DNA of 64,000 nt from a candidate division FCPU426 bacterium (GTDB lineage Bacteria > Oederibacteriota > JAAXVQ01 > JAUVAV01). Where the stretch lies: positions 478,526-542,525 of the forward strand of contig JBFLYH010000002.1 of assembly GCA_040756875.1 (NCBI GenBank), given 5' to 3'. A program made the position numbers and the translations under genes. Shown piece after piece: positions 22,226-31,909 of the stretch; position 1 is the first letter of the stretch; each line of letters opens with the position of its first letter. The notes beneath the pieces are model-generated. The model ran no database searches. It was not told the origin of the DNA and saw only the letters and a list, made by a program, of their open reading frames with translations.

Positions 22226-23995
22226 CTAGAAAGCAATACCTACATTAACACCGACGCCGGGATAAGTAAGCGATACCGATAGCGACGATTTAATATCCAT
22301 ATCAGGGCCTTTTATACTGCCATTGGTTGCGGTTAGATTGTACAAACCCAGATATGGGGACAACACAAACCAATCATTTTTGCCTAATAATATTTTATAT
22401 CCCACTTCTGCTCCAATGGTCAGAACGGTAGCTTTCATCGTCGCTAGTTCTTCATTGAATAGGCTCCCACCTAGCTCCCCTAACTGGTATTTGATTATTG
22501 GTCCCATCCAAAAGCCAGAATACTTCTTACCATCATGCGGTAAATAATATCTCCCCGAAAGACCGGCACCATATATTAAATTACTATATGAAGAAACACC
22601 GTTGCTTCCGCTCCTAATAGTCAACAGACCTTTTACTGCCGCCGAGAATTCAGAAGTTAATGCTCTTTCATATTCCAATTCCAAGGAAATACCCGACCAA
22701 TTACTGAAAGAGAATAATCCAAGCGGATTTATTGTCAGGGCATTGGGTTTTTCCAAAGATTCCATATGTGATTTTAAAACAGGCCCGGATTTCAGCTCGG
22801 TTTCTGTTTTTACCTCTGGTTTGGCAGGTGTCGCTTTTTCGGATGTAATCTGCGCCATGATCACAGGCGTCGCGTCTGCGGTTTTTTGCGTTGGCTCTGG
22901 AGTCGGCGTCTGGGTCGGCTCTGGGGTTGCAGGAGTTGGCTGGGGAGTGGGTGCGGGCGTGGCCGGAGTTGGAATAGGTGTAGGTGCCGGAGTCATTGGT
23001 TCTTCTGACGTCGAGGCTATTTCCGTCGGCACAAGCTGACGCAGCGTCCCGCTTCCTTCTCCGGGAATGCGCAGCATCAGGGAAACGCGATGCTGATGCG
23101 CCTGCAGTTCGCCGGGATCGTAGCGGAAAGCGTAATCCACTTCGTAATATTCCGAACTATAGGAGGCGCCGGCAGTGATGCCCTGGCCGTCATACCCCAG
23201 TCTGGCAGCCAAGTTCTGTATAAACCAATACTCGGCTCCCAACCGAAAATTAAACCGGGAGTATTCGGAAAATTCGATATCCAGGGCTGTAACCAAGTGG
23301 TTAAAGTACATCCTGTCCTGGGATGGAAAGAATTTCAGCGACGTACCGAGTTTGACATTGAGCGGAGTGAAATCCATGCTGTTTTCCGCCACATTCCAAT
23401 ACAACCGCTGAAAGACATTTTGCACGTTCAGACCAATAGTATGGTCCAAGTACAATACCGGCTGCCATAAAGCGCCGATATCCAAACCATGGCCAACCGC
23501 TGTAAATCCGTCCATTCCTTGGTGGAGATATTTTAAACTGGCACCCAGCGAAAGGCCCTTGACCCACTCGAAGGTTTTACGTCCATAACTGAGAAAAATG
23601 GCATTTTCCGCATTGATAAAAGTCCCGGCTACTAGGCCGTTTTCATCGCGTTTTTCGATCTCGCCGCTATTGAAATTGATCCAACCTAATTCCAAGTTGC
23701 CCACTTCAGGCCATTGAAATGCATACGAGAGATAACTGGAACTCATTTGATTAGACAATACGGCATACTGCGATCCGACTTCATACATATATAAATCCAT
23801 TTGCGCTAAACCTGCCGGGTTCCAATAACCAGCAGTTGCGTCATCAGCCAAAGCCACGAACGCACCGCCCATTCCTAATGCCCTGGCGCCTACGCCTTGC
23901 CGCAAGTAAACGCTACTGCCGTAATTATTGCCATCCGACCACGCTGAAATCGGAAGTAAAACCAAGGCTATTGCCAACCATGGCATTCTTTTCAT
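22226..23995 (-). CDS. PorV/PorQ-family beta-barrel fused via Pro/Thr linker to a second (DUF3575-like) beta-barrel
   Basis: Signal peptide; GVGARALGMGGAFVALADDATAGYWNPAGLA signature; PorV-like end DYAF...HRVSL; TPAPTPIPTPATP linker; C-domain NALTINPLGL...ELEYERAL...GVNVGIAF with terminal Phe; GGAGG RBS before MKRMPW. Confidence 0.8.
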   Translation of the reverse strand: MKRMPWLAIALVLLPISAWSDGNNYGSSVYLRQGVGARALGMGGAFVALADDATAGYWNPAGLAQMDLYMYEVGSQYAVLSNQMSSSYLSYAFQWPEVGNLELGWINFNSGEIEKRDENGLVAGTFINAENAIFLSYGRKTFEWVKGLSLGASLKYLHQGMDGFTAVGHGLDIGALWQPVLYLDHTIGLNVQNVFQRLYWNVAENSMDFTPLNVKLGTSLKFFPSQDRMYFNHLVTALDIEFSEYSRFNFRLGAEYWFIQNLAARLGYDGQGITAGASYSSEYYEVDYAFRYDPGELQAHQHRVSLMLRIPGEGSGTLRQLVPTEIASTSEEPMTPAPTPIPTPATPAPTPQPTPATPEPTQTPTPEPTQKTADATPVIMAQITSEKATPAKPEVKTETELKSGPVLKSHMESLEKPNALTINPLGLFSFSNWSGISLELEYERALTSEFSAAVKGLLTIRSGSNGVSSYSNLIYGAGLSGRYYLPHDGKKYSGFWMGPIIKYQLGELGGSLFNEELATMKATVLTIGAEVGYKILLGKNDWFVLSPYLGLYNLTATNGSIKGPDMDIKSSLSVSLTYPGVGVNVGIAF

Positions 23996-24076
23996 CTTGC
24001 CTTCCCCTCCGGGATATTTGTTCTTTTTATATTTAGACTGACAAGACAAAATTTCATTGCACCTTTTATTTATAAA

Positions 24077-24787
24077 TTAGTCCCACAACCCATAGCGCAG
24101 GATGCAGTAGAGGGCGCGGAAGGCGTCCTTGGCCCCGATCTTTTTGCCTTCCTGGTAGGTGCGGCCGTGGTAGGTGATGCCCACCTCGTAGAAGCGCAGG
24201 CCCCGGCGGGCGAACTTCAAGGTGATCTCGGGTTCAAAGCCGAAGCGGTTTTCCTTGAGGGTCACGCCCGTCAGGGCGTCCCGGCGGAAAGCCTTGTAGC
24301 ACACTTCCATGTCCGTCAGATTGAGGTTGGAAAAAAGGTTGCACAGGGTGGTGAGAAAGCGGTTGACCAGCGCGTGCCAGAAAAACAGCACGCGGCGCGG
24401 CTTAGTGGTGAGCAGACGGCTGCCGTAAACCACGTCCGCCACCCCGCGCACCAGCGGTTCGAGCAATTCGGGGTAATCGGCCGGATCGTATTCCAGATCG
24501 GCATCCTGGACCAAAATCACTTCCTGCCGCGCCTGCTTGAAGCCCTCCCGCAAGGCCGCACCCTTGCCTTGATTCCGCGGCTGCCTGAAAACGCGCAGAT
24601 CCCGGCCCTTCAGCTTGGCCAGGATGGCGGGCGTGCGGTCCGTGGAGGCGTCGTCCACCACGATGATTTCTTTGGCCAGGGGCACGGCCCGAACGCGGCG
24701 GATCAGCTCGGCCACTGTCTGTTCTTCGTTATAGACGGGAATGACGACGGAAATCGCCGGAAAACGCAGGCGGCCGGAGGCGGGCAT
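24077..24787 (-). CDS. GT2 glycosyltransferase, DPM1/polyprenol-phosphate glycosyltransferase-like
   Basis: SVVIPVYNE, VVDDASTD, NQGKGAA, QDADLEYDP, YGSR, TDMEVCYK, FGFEPEIT, RTYQEGKKI. Confidence 0.9.
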   Translation of the reverse strand: MPASGRLRFPAISVVIPVYNEEQTVAELIRRVRAVPLAKEIIVVDDASTDRTPAILAKLKGRDLRVFRQPRNQGKGAALREGFKQARQEVILVQDADLEYDPADYPELLEPLVRGVADVVYGSRLLTTKPRRVLFFWHALVNRFLTTLCNLFSNLNLTDMEVCYKAFRRDALTGVTLKENRFGFEPEITLKFARRGLRFYEVGITYHGRTYQEGKKIGAKDAFRALYCILRYGLWD

Positions 24788-24789
24788 GC

Positions 24790-25755
24790 CTAGCCTTTCC
24801 GCTCCATGAGGAGCTTGAGAATAGCCTTTTGCACGTGCAGGCGGTTTTCGGCCTGGTCAAAGACAATGGACTGCCGCCCCTCGATGACTTCCTCGGTCAC
24901 TTCCTGGCCGCGATGGGCGGGCAGGCAGTGCAGAAACACCGCGCCCGGCGCGGTGTGGGCCATGAGCTTCTCGTTGACCTGGTACTTTCTCAACGCCTTG
25001 AGCCGCTGCGCCTGTTCTTTTTCCTGGCCCATGGACACCCATACGTCGGTGTATACGGCGTCCACCTGCGTGGCCGCCTGCACCGGGTCCTGGGTTAGGC
25101 GCAAGGTGCCGCCGCTGCGCTTGCGGTCTGCTTCGCTCAGCTCGACCGTGTGCCGGTCGATTTCAAACCCCATGGGCGAGGCCAGGGTCAGGTCCATGCC
25201 GGTTTTGGCCGCACCGTAAATGAGGGAACGGGCCACGTTGTTGCCGTCGCCGATGTAGGCCAGGCGCAGATGCTTGAGCCGCCCGAAGCGTTCCCGCAGG
25301 GTGAGCAGGTCGCTGAGGATCTGGCAGGGATGGGAATAATCGGTCAGGGCGTTGATCACCGGCACCGCGGCGTGTTTGGCCATTTCCACCACTTTTTCGT
25401 GGGCGTCGGTGCGGATCATGATGCCGTTCACGTAGCGCGAAAGCACGCGGGCCGTGTCCGCGATGGTCTCGCCGCGGCCGAGCTGCAAATCGCGCCCGGC
25501 CAGGTAAAACATGGCGCCGCCCAGCTGGTACATGGCCGCCTCGAAGGAGACGCGGGTCCGGGTTGAGCTTTTTTCGAAGATGCCGGCCAGGATCTGCCCC
25601 TGCAGGCTGCGGTCGCTCCGGCCCCGGCGGAAGGCCGCCTTGAGCTGCTCGGCCGTGGCCAGGATCAATTCGATGTCCCGGGGCGTGAGCTGCGCCATGG
25701 TCAGCAGGTTTTCCACGGATAGTTTTGAAGTTTTGTTTTTTTTCTTCGCGGTCAT
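24790..25755 (-). CDS. argF: Ornithine carbamoyltransferase
   Basis: FEKSSTRTRVSFE, HPCQ, GDGNNV, DVWVSMG, HCLPAHRG, DQAENRLH. Confidence 0.96.
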   Translation of the reverse strand: MTAKKKNKTSKLSVENLLTMAQLTPRDIELILATAEQLKAAFRRGRSDRSLQGQILAGIFEKSSTRTRVSFEAAMYQLGGAMFYLAGRDLQLGRGETIADTARVLSRYVNGIMIRTDAHEKVVEMAKHAAVPVINALTDYSHPCQILSDLLTLRERFGRLKHLRLAYIGDGNNVARSLIYGAAKTGMDLTLASPMGFEIDRHTVELSEADRKRSGGTLRLTQDPVQAATQVDAVYTDVWVSMGQEKEQAQRLKALRKYQVNEKLMAHTAPGAVFLHCLPAHRGQEVTEEVIEGRQSIVFDQAENRLHVQKAILKLLMERKG

Positions 25756-25772
25756 ATCGTCCTCTCTTCCCT

Positions 25773-26981
25773 TTAACCCAGCTGCGCCAGCACGCGGCGC
25801 AAAATGGATACAGCTTCCTCGATTTCAGCCTGGCTGACGATCAAGGCCGGCAGAAAACGCAGAACGTTGACGGCCGTGCAATTGACGACCAACCCGGCTG
25901 CGAGCGCCAGGCGGACCGCCTCGGCGCCCGGCTTTTTCAGCTCCAGGCCATGCATCAACCCCGCGCCCCGGTGCGCAGCCACCAGCGCCGGAAACTCCCT
26001 GGCCACCTGGTCCAGCTGTTCGCCGAGGTATTGCCCGGCCTGCCGCACATTTACCAGCCAGCCGGGCTTGGCCAGCTGTTCCAGCAGCACGCAGCCGCCG
26101 GCCGCGGCCACAGGGTTGCCGCCAAAGGTGGTGCCGTGGTCGCCGGTTTTCATGGCCGCGGCCACGTCCGTCCGGGTCACGAGCGCGGACAACGGCAGCC
26201 CGCCGCCCAGGGGTTTGCCCAGAAGCAGCACGTCCGGCGTCACGCCGAAATGCTCGTAGGCGTGGAAATGCCCGATGCGGCCCAGTCCGCACTGGATCTC
26301 GTCAAAGATCAGCAGCAGCTTGCGTTCGTCGCACCAGGCCCTGAGCCCCCGCAGGTATTCCATATCCAGGGGCCGGATGCCGCCTTCGCCCTGGATGGGT
26401 TCCACCAGCACTGCGCTGGTCGCCGCGGAAGTGGCGGCCTTGATTTTTTCCAGGTCATTGGCCGGCACGTGTTTGAAGCCGGGCAGCATAGGCTCCAGGC
26501 CTTCGTGGTACTTGGGCTGGCCCGTGGCGGTCAGGGCCGCAAAGGTCCGGCCGTGAAAAGAGCCTTCCAGGCAGATGATTTCATATTTCTGCGCTCCGTT
26601 TTTCCGGCCCCATTTGCGCGCCAGCTTGACGGCCAGCTCCACGATTTCAGCGCCGCTGTTGGCGAAAAACACCCGCTCGCCGAAGCTATGCCGGACCAGC
26701 AGGTTGGCCAGCCGGATCTGCGGTTCCAAATAATACAGGTTGCCGCTGTGCGCCAGCCGTTCCAGCTGCGCTCGCATGGCTGCCAGCTGTTCCGGATGGC
26801 CGTACCCCAGGTTCATTACCGCGTGCCCCGAGAAAAAATCCAGGTACGTTTTGCCTTCGCGGTCAACCAAACGGCACCCCTGGCCCTGTTCCCAGACCAC
26901 GGGCTGGCGCTGGAAAGTCTGAGCCAGTACTCTTGACTCAAGCTGCATGATGGCGGCGGTGTCGGGCTGAAGCGGGTTCAT
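25773..26981 (-). CDS. argD: Acetylornithine aminotransferase
   Basis: NSGAE, SFHGRT, EPIQGEGG, DEIQCGLGR, GKPLGGG, HGTTFGGNP; ATGA overlap with argB. Confidence 0.93.
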   Translation of the reverse strand: MNPLQPDTAAIMQLESRVLAQTFQRQPVVWEQGQGCRLVDREGKTYLDFFSGHAVMNLGYGHPEQLAAMRAQLERLAHSGNLYYLEPQIRLANLLVRHSFGERVFFANSGAEIVELAVKLARKWGRKNGAQKYEIICLEGSFHGRTFAALTATGQPKYHEGLEPMLPGFKHVPANDLEKIKAATSAATSAVLVEPIQGEGGIRPLDMEYLRGLRAWCDERKLLLIFDEIQCGLGRIGHFHAYEHFGVTPDVLLLGKPLGGGLPLSALVTRTDVAAAMKTGDHGTTFGGNPVAAAGGCVLLEQLAKPGWLVNVRQAGQYLGEQLDQVAREFPALVAAHRGAGLMHGLELKKPGAEAVRLALAAGLVVNCTAVNVLRFLPALIVSQAEIEEAVSILRRVLAQLG

Positions 26982-27853
26982 GCCGGTTCCTCCGACCGGC
27001 GCAGCTCCGTGCCAATGCCCCGGTCCGTGAAAAGTTCCAACAGCAGGGCGTGGGACACCTTGCCGTTGATGATGTGCGCCTTGTGCACGCCGCCTTGCAG
27101 CGCCCGAGTGCAAGCCTGGACCTTGGGCAGCATGCCGCCCTTGATCACGCCGCTCTTGACGAGCCCCTCCACCTCGGCCAGGGGCAGGCTGGAGATCAGC
27201 GAGGCCGGATCCGCCGGGTCGCGCAGAATGCCCGGCACGTCCGTGAGCAGGATGAACTTGTCGGCCGACAGCGACCCGGCGATGGCTGCAGCCACGTCGT
27301 CGGCGTTGATGTTGTAGGTCTGCCCCGCGTCATCCACGCCCACCGGGGCGATGACGGGGATGAATTTTTCCCGGTCCAGCGCGTGGATCACGTCCGGCCG
27401 CACCTGCTTGATTTCGCCCACGAACCCCAGGTCCACCTGCTGGTGCGCCAGCTTGCGCACCTTGAGCAGGCCGCCGTCCTTGCCCGAGAGGCCCACGGCC
27501 AGGCCGCCGTGCCGGTTGATCGCCGCCACGATTTCCTGGTTGAGCTTGCCGACCAGGACCATTTCGATCACTTCCATGCTGGCGGCGTCGGTGACGCGGC
27601 GGCCGTCCACGAATTCCGACTTGCGGCCCATCTGCTCCAGCACCCGCGTGATCTCCGGGCCGCCGCCGTGCACCACCACGGGCTTCATGCCCACGTATTT
27701 CATGAGCACCAGGTCCTGCATGACCTCGTCCTTCAGGTGGTCGTCCACCATGGCGGCGCCCCCGTACTTTACCACCACGGTCTGGCCGTAGAAGGCCTTG
27801 ATGTACGGCAGGGCCTCGATCAGGATCTTGGCTTTGGCAATCAGGGTTTCCAT
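26978..27853 (-). CDS. argB: Acetylglutamate kinase
   Basis: EALPYI, VKYGGAAM, VHGGGP, RVTD, NINAD, GGMLPKV. Confidence 0.96.
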   Translation of the reverse strand: METLIAKAKILIEALPYIKAFYGQTVVVKYGGAAMVDDHLKDEVMQDLVLMKYVGMKPVVVHGGGPEITRVLEQMGRKSEFVDGRRVTDAASMEVIEMVLVGKLNQEIVAAINRHGGLAVGLSGKDGGLLKVRKLAHQQVDLGFVGEIKQVRPDVIHALDREKFIPVIAPVGVDDAGQTYNINADDVAAAIAGSLSADKFILLTDVPGILRDPADPASLISSLPLAEVEGLVKSGVIKGGMLPKVQACTRALQGGVHKAHIINGKVSHALLLELFTDRGIGTELRRSEEPA

Positions 27854-27875
27854 GGGTATGCTCCCGGCGTTTCCC

Positions 27876-29264
27876 TTACAGAATGTAGCGGTTGAAATCC
27901 TGCTCTTTCAGCAGGTCACCGATGCGCTCGCGCACGTATTCGGGCGTGACCACCACTTTATTGCCCGGCATTTCCGGGGCGCTGAAGCTCACTTCCTCCA
28001 GCACGCGCTCCATGACGGTGTGCAGGCGCCGCGCGCCGATGTCCTCGCCCAGCTGGTTGGCGCGGTAGGCCAGCGACGCCATCTCCGCAACGGCTTCGGG
28101 CGTAAACTCCAGGGTCACCCCGTCCGTGGCCAGCAAGGCCTGGTACTGCTTGGTCAGGGCCTGGCGCGGCTCCTGCAAAATACGCTGAAAGTCCTCGGCG
28201 CTCAGCGACGAGAGCTCGGCGCGCAGCGGAAAACGCCCCTGCAGCTCCGGGATCAAATCCGAAGGCTTGGAGACGTGAAACGCGCCCGCCGCGATGAACA
28301 GGATGTGGTGCGTGCGGATTTCGCCGTGGCGGGTGTTTACGGTCGTGCCTTCCACGATGGGCAGCAAATCCCGCTGCACGCCCTCGCGGGACACGTCCGG
28401 CCCGCGCCCCTGTTCCCGGCCGGCGATTTTATCCAGTTCGTCGATGAAGACGATGCCCATCTCCTCCACGCGGCGGACCGCCTCGGACTTGATCTCGCCC
28501 ATGTCCACCAGCCGCCCCAGTTCCTCCTGCACGAGCAGGCGCCGGGCCTCCGACACCTTGACCCGCCGGCGGCGCGACTGGCCCATGCCCCCGGGCATCG
28601 CGTTCTGCAGCATGTCCTGGAGGTTCATGCCGATTTCTTCCATGTTGGTGCCGGAGAAAATCTCAACCATGGGCATGGGCGTCTCCTTGGCCTCCCATTC
28701 CACGGTTTCCTCTTCGAGCAGCCCGTCCCGAAGCTCGGTCCGGACTTTTTCGCGCGCCTCGCGGTGGCGCAGCACGCGCGCCTCCCCCTCCTCGGGCGTG
28801 CCTTCGCGGCGCTTGGCCAGGGGCGGCACCAGCAGGTCGAGCAGCCGCTCCGCGGCCAGCTCCTCGGCGCGCGGCCGGAGTTTGGCGTAGCGCTCCTCCC
28901 GCACCAGGTTGACCGCCTGGTGCGCCAGGTCGCGGATCATGGACTCCACGTCGCGCCCCACGTACCCGACTTCCGTGTATTTGGAGGCCTCCACCTTCAC
29001 GAAGGGCGCCTGCTCAAGGGCCGCCAGCCGGCGGGCGATTTCGGTCTTGCCCACGCCCGTGGGCCCGATGAGCAGGATGTTCTTGGGCGTCACTTCGTCG
29101 CGCATGTCATCGCCCAGCCGGCGCCGCCGCAGGCGGTTGCGCAGGGCAATGGCCACGATGCGCTTGGCCTGGTGCTGTCCGACGATGTACTTGTCCAGTT
29201 CCGCCACAATTTGCCGCGGCGTGAGGTCCGGTTCCGCGGTTTCGGCCGGAAGCGGCTTGCTCAT
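27876..29264 (-). CDS. hslU: ATP-dependent protease ATPase subunit
   Basis: [56 protein letters not shown]. Confidence 0.97.
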   Translation of the reverse strand: MSKPLPAETAEPDLTPRQIVAELDKYIVGQHQAKRIVAIALRNRLRRRRLGDDMRDEVTPKNILLIGPTGVGKTEIARRLAALEQAPFVKVEASKYTEVGYVGRDVESMIRDLAHQAVNLVREERYAKLRPRAEELAAERLLDLLVPPLAKRREGTPEEGEARVLRHREAREKVRTELRDGLLEEETVEWEAKETPMPMVEIFSGTNMEEIGMNLQDMLQNAMPGGMGQSRRRRVKVSEARRLLVQEELGRLVDMGEIKSEAVRRVEEMGIVFIDELDKIAGREQGRGPDVSREGVQRDLLPIVEGTTVNTRHGEIRTHHILFIAAGAFHVSKPSDLIPELQGRFPLRAELSSLSAEDFQRILQEPRQALTKQYQALLATDGVTLEFTPEAVAEMASLAYRANQLGEDIGARRLHTVMERVLEEVSFSAPEMPGNKVVVTPEYVRERIGDLLKEQDFNRYIL

Positions 29265-29800
29265 AGTTCCTCCACCGTGATCTCGCGATTGGTGAAAATG
29301 CAGATGTCCGAGGCGATCTGCAGGGACGCCAGCGCGATTTCGCGCGCCGACAACTGGGTGTGGTCCAGCAGGGCCTTGGCCGCGGCCAGCGCATACGCGC
29401 CGCCGGAGCCGATGGCCGCCGCGGGCTCGTCCGGCTCGATGACTTCGCCGGACCCGCTGACCACCAGCGTCCGTTCGCGGTCAGCCAGCAGCAGCAGGGC
29501 TTCCAGGCGGCGCAGATACTTGTCCGTGCGCCACTCCTTGGCCAGCTCCACGGCCGCCCGGGTCAGGTTCGCTTGGAACTGTTTGAGTTTCTCCTCGAAC
29601 CGTTCAAACAGCGTGAAAGCGTCCGCCGCCGCGCCGGCAAAGCCCGCCAGGATCTTGCCGTCGCCCAGGCGCCGCAGCTTGACCGCGCGGCGTTTCATTT
29701 TAATGTTGCCCACGGTCACCTGGCCGTCTCCGGCCATGGCCACCTGGCTGCCGCGCCGAACGACCGCGATGGTGGTGGCGTGCATGGTAGTGGGTTCCAT
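29261..29800 (-). CDS. hslV: ATP-dependent protease peptidase subunit
   Basis: [43 protein letters not shown]. Confidence 0.97.
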   Translation of the reverse strand: MEPTTMHATTIAVVRRGSQVAMAGDGQVTVGNIKMKRRAVKLRRLGDGKILAGFAGAAADAFTLFERFEEKLKQFQANLTRAAVELAKEWRTDKYLRRLEALLLLADRERTLVVSGSGEVIEPDEPAAAIGSGGAYALAAAKALLDHTQLSAREIALASLQIASDICIFTNREITVEEL

Positions 29801-29897
29801 TTGACAGCACCTCTTTCGAATGAAAACCGATGAGCAGTTGATCAGGCCAGGAGGAAACCGCAGGTCCGCTGTTGCCGTCTGTCCCCGGCTCTCCGGC

Positions 29898-30761
29898 TCA
29901 AGCTCTGGGATGGGCCCGTCGGTATGCGCTTTTAAGCTTTTCCGCGGTCACGTGCGTATAAATCTGGGTGGTGCTTAAATTGGCATGGCCCAGAAGTTCC
30001 TGCACCGCGCGCAGGTCCGCGCCGTTGTCGAGCAAGTGGGTGGCGAAAGAATGGCGCAGACTGTGCGGCGACAGCCCCCGTTGGGCCCCGACCCGCAGGA
30101 TGTAGGCGGCCACAATGCGCTCCACGCTCCGGGGCGTGATGGCCGCGCCCCGGAGGCTGCGGAACAGCCTGCCTCCCGGCGGCGGTGGATCCGCGCGCAG
30201 ATAAGCGCGCAAGGCTGCCAGCGCCGGCCCGCCGACCGGAAGCAGCCGCTCTTTCCGGCGTTTGCCCAGCACGCGGACCAGCCCTTCCGCAAAATCCACG
30301 TCCGAGGGGGTCAGCGCGGTCAATTCGGAAAGGCGCATCCCGGTCGAGTAAAAAGTCTCCAATAACGCCCGGTCCCGCAGCCCGGAGCGGCTGGCCGGAT
30401 CCGGCGCCGCCAGCAAGGCGGCGACGGCCGCTTGGTCCATAAAGCGCGGCAGACGATGTTCGGCTTTGGGCGTCTTGGCCCGGCCCACGGGATTGTCCGT
30501 CACCATGCCCTGACGCCGCAGCCAGCGGTACAAGGCGCGCAGGCTCGCGAGCTTTCGGGCCAGGGTGGCCGGAGCCAAGGCGCGCTGCTTGAGTTCGGCC
30601 AGGTGGGCCCGTACCGTGCGCAGGGTGACACCCGCGGGAAAGTCCTTGCCCGCGAAGGCGCGAAACTCCAGCAAATCCCGCCGGTAGGCGGCGCAGGTGT
30701 GCGGCGAAGCGTTGCGGGCTTGGGCCAGGTAGTCCAGAAACGCCTGCAAGGCGTCCTTCAC
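29898..30761 (-). CDS. xerC: Tyrosine recombinase XerC
   Basis: [53 protein letters not shown]; topA-xerC-hslVU synteny. Confidence 0.88.
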   Translation of the reverse strand: MKDALQAFLDYLAQARNASPHTCAAYRRDLLEFRAFAGKDFPAGVTLRTVRAHLAELKQRALAPATLARKLASLRALYRWLRRQGMVTDNPVGRAKTPKAEHRLPRFMDQAAVAALLAAPDPASRSGLRDRALLETFYSTGMRLSELTALTPSDVDFAEGLVRVLGKRRKERLLPVGGPALAALRAYLRADPPPPGGRLFRSLRGAAITPRSVERIVAAYILRVGAQRGLSPHSLRHSFATHLLDNGADLRAVQELLGHANLSTTQIYTHVTAEKLKSAYRRAHPRA

Positions 30762-31909
30762 GCAGCCGCCTCTCCCTGGGCTTTTTCCAACAGACGCGAG
30801 AGCTCGTAAAGGAATTTGATGATCGTAAAATTGCCCTGGTAGTTCTTACGGCTGGCCGCCAGTTTGTCGTTGAGCTCGGCCAGGCCCTGCGTGAACAAAG
30901 GGCCGGGCAGTTTCTTCTTCATCGCCGTCAGGCGGAACCACACCAGGTCATTCATGCCTTTGACCAGTTCGACCTCCCGCTCCTTGTAAGGGAAGGCGTT
31001 TTTGGCCTTGAGCAGGTGCTCGAAATTGACCAGGCCGCCGGAGAGCAGCGAGCCGTCGTCCCGCTTGTCCACGTTGCGGAACAGGGCGGAATGCTTGTAG
31101 CGCGCCTGCTCGAAACACTCGGTGAACATGACGTCCACCTCGGCCGACGTCAGGTGCCGGGTGCTGACCTCGGCCATGATCCGGAAAAACTCTTCGTAGA
31201 TGGCCACCAGGCACAGGTCGAGGATCTCGGCGGTGAACTGGTCCCGTTCCTCCTCGCCGACCGGCGCTTCCTCGGCCTGCGGTTTGGGCGCCCGCTGGCC
31301 GGCGTCAGCGTGCAGTTCGTTCTCACCCACGGATTCGTACACATTGATCTCGCTGCGTTCGTCCGAATTCTCCACCATCTGGGTGATCAGCTTGACCGGA
31401 AACTCCATTTCCTCGGGCGTGGCATCGTGCGCGAAGTATCCTTCGCGCGGCGTCCCTTCGAAGAAGGTCAGGTAATTCAGGCGGCTCTGGTCGAGCAACT
31501 CCAGGTAGCCGGTGAAGCGCTTGCGGGTAAAAAGGTTCAGCAGGCTCTGAAAGTTGATGAGCTTGGCTTTCAAGCCCGCGTGGGTCGGTTCGAACATGAA
31601 TGTCCCCATGATCACGATCATCAGGAGTTTGGATATCTCGTAAAATCCGATGGAACCCTGCTTGGCCGTGCGCAGTTTCTGCATGGCCTCGTTGACGGTC
31701 AGGATTTCCCGTCCCTGGGCGTGGAAACGCCCGGCCTTGACCGCCTTGCCGCCCAAAAGGAAGATGACGTCCTGCGAATCCGCATAGCGGATGTCCAGAT
31801 AGCTGGCCACCCGGCTCTGGCTCTCGGCCAGGATTTTATCCACCTTGGCGCGCTCCAGGGGCACGTCGGCCACGATGGTGCGCATGGAGGGCAGGAGCCG
31901 GTAGTTCAT
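30758..31909 (-). CDS. Hypothetical protein with two tandem DUF4388/PATAN-like repeats and a helical C-domain
   Basis: Start MNYRLLP overlaps the topA stop (ATGA) and its stop overlaps xerC (GTGA); repeats 'VDKILAESQSRVASYLDI...IFLLGG' and 'FQSLLNLFTRKRFTGYLEL...TFFEG'; family call is by resemblance only. Confidence 0.6.
   Translation of the reverse strand: MNYRLLPSMRTIVADVPLERAKVDKILAESQSRVASYLDIRYADSQDVIFLLGGKAVKAGRFHAQGREILTVNEAMQKLRTAKQGSIGFYEISKLLMIVIMGTFMFEPTHAGLKAKLINFQSLLNLFTRKRFTGYLELLDQSRLNYLTFFEGTPREGYFAHDATPEEMEFPVKLITQMVENSDERSEINVYESVGENELHADAGQRAPKPQAEEAPVGEEERDQFTAEILDLCLVAIYEEFFRIMAEVSTRHLTSAEVDVMFTECFEQARYKHSALFRNVDKRDDGSLLSGGLVNFEHLLKAKNAFPYKEREVELVKGMNDLVWFRLTAMKKKLPGPLFTQGLAELNDKLAASRKNYQGNFTIIKFLYELSRLLEKAQGEAAA

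Larger units (their letters stand above)
19101..24076 (-). mobile_element. AT-rich genomic island (4 genes) inside the arg operon; no mobility gene
   Basis: Abrupt switch from GC-rich to AT-rich sequence just upstream of argG and back at the GT2 stop; splits argBDF from argGH; no flanking repeat found. Confidence 0.65.

Noticed and set aside
22885-23000. Short repeats resembling a tandem array or CRISPR
   Set aside because: Degenerate codon-level repeats encoding the Pro/Thr linker; no repeat-spacer pattern and no cas genes
19090-24810. Flanking direct repeat for the arg-operon island
   Set aside because: Only a 7-bp GCTCCAT match (argF end and argG RBS region) and a short inverted similarity were found; both are within chance
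29898-30761. Tyrosine recombinase as the integrase of either island
   Set aside because: Host-like composition and topA-xerC-hslVU context mark it as housekeeping XerC; the 21-bp repeat does not match the dif consensus
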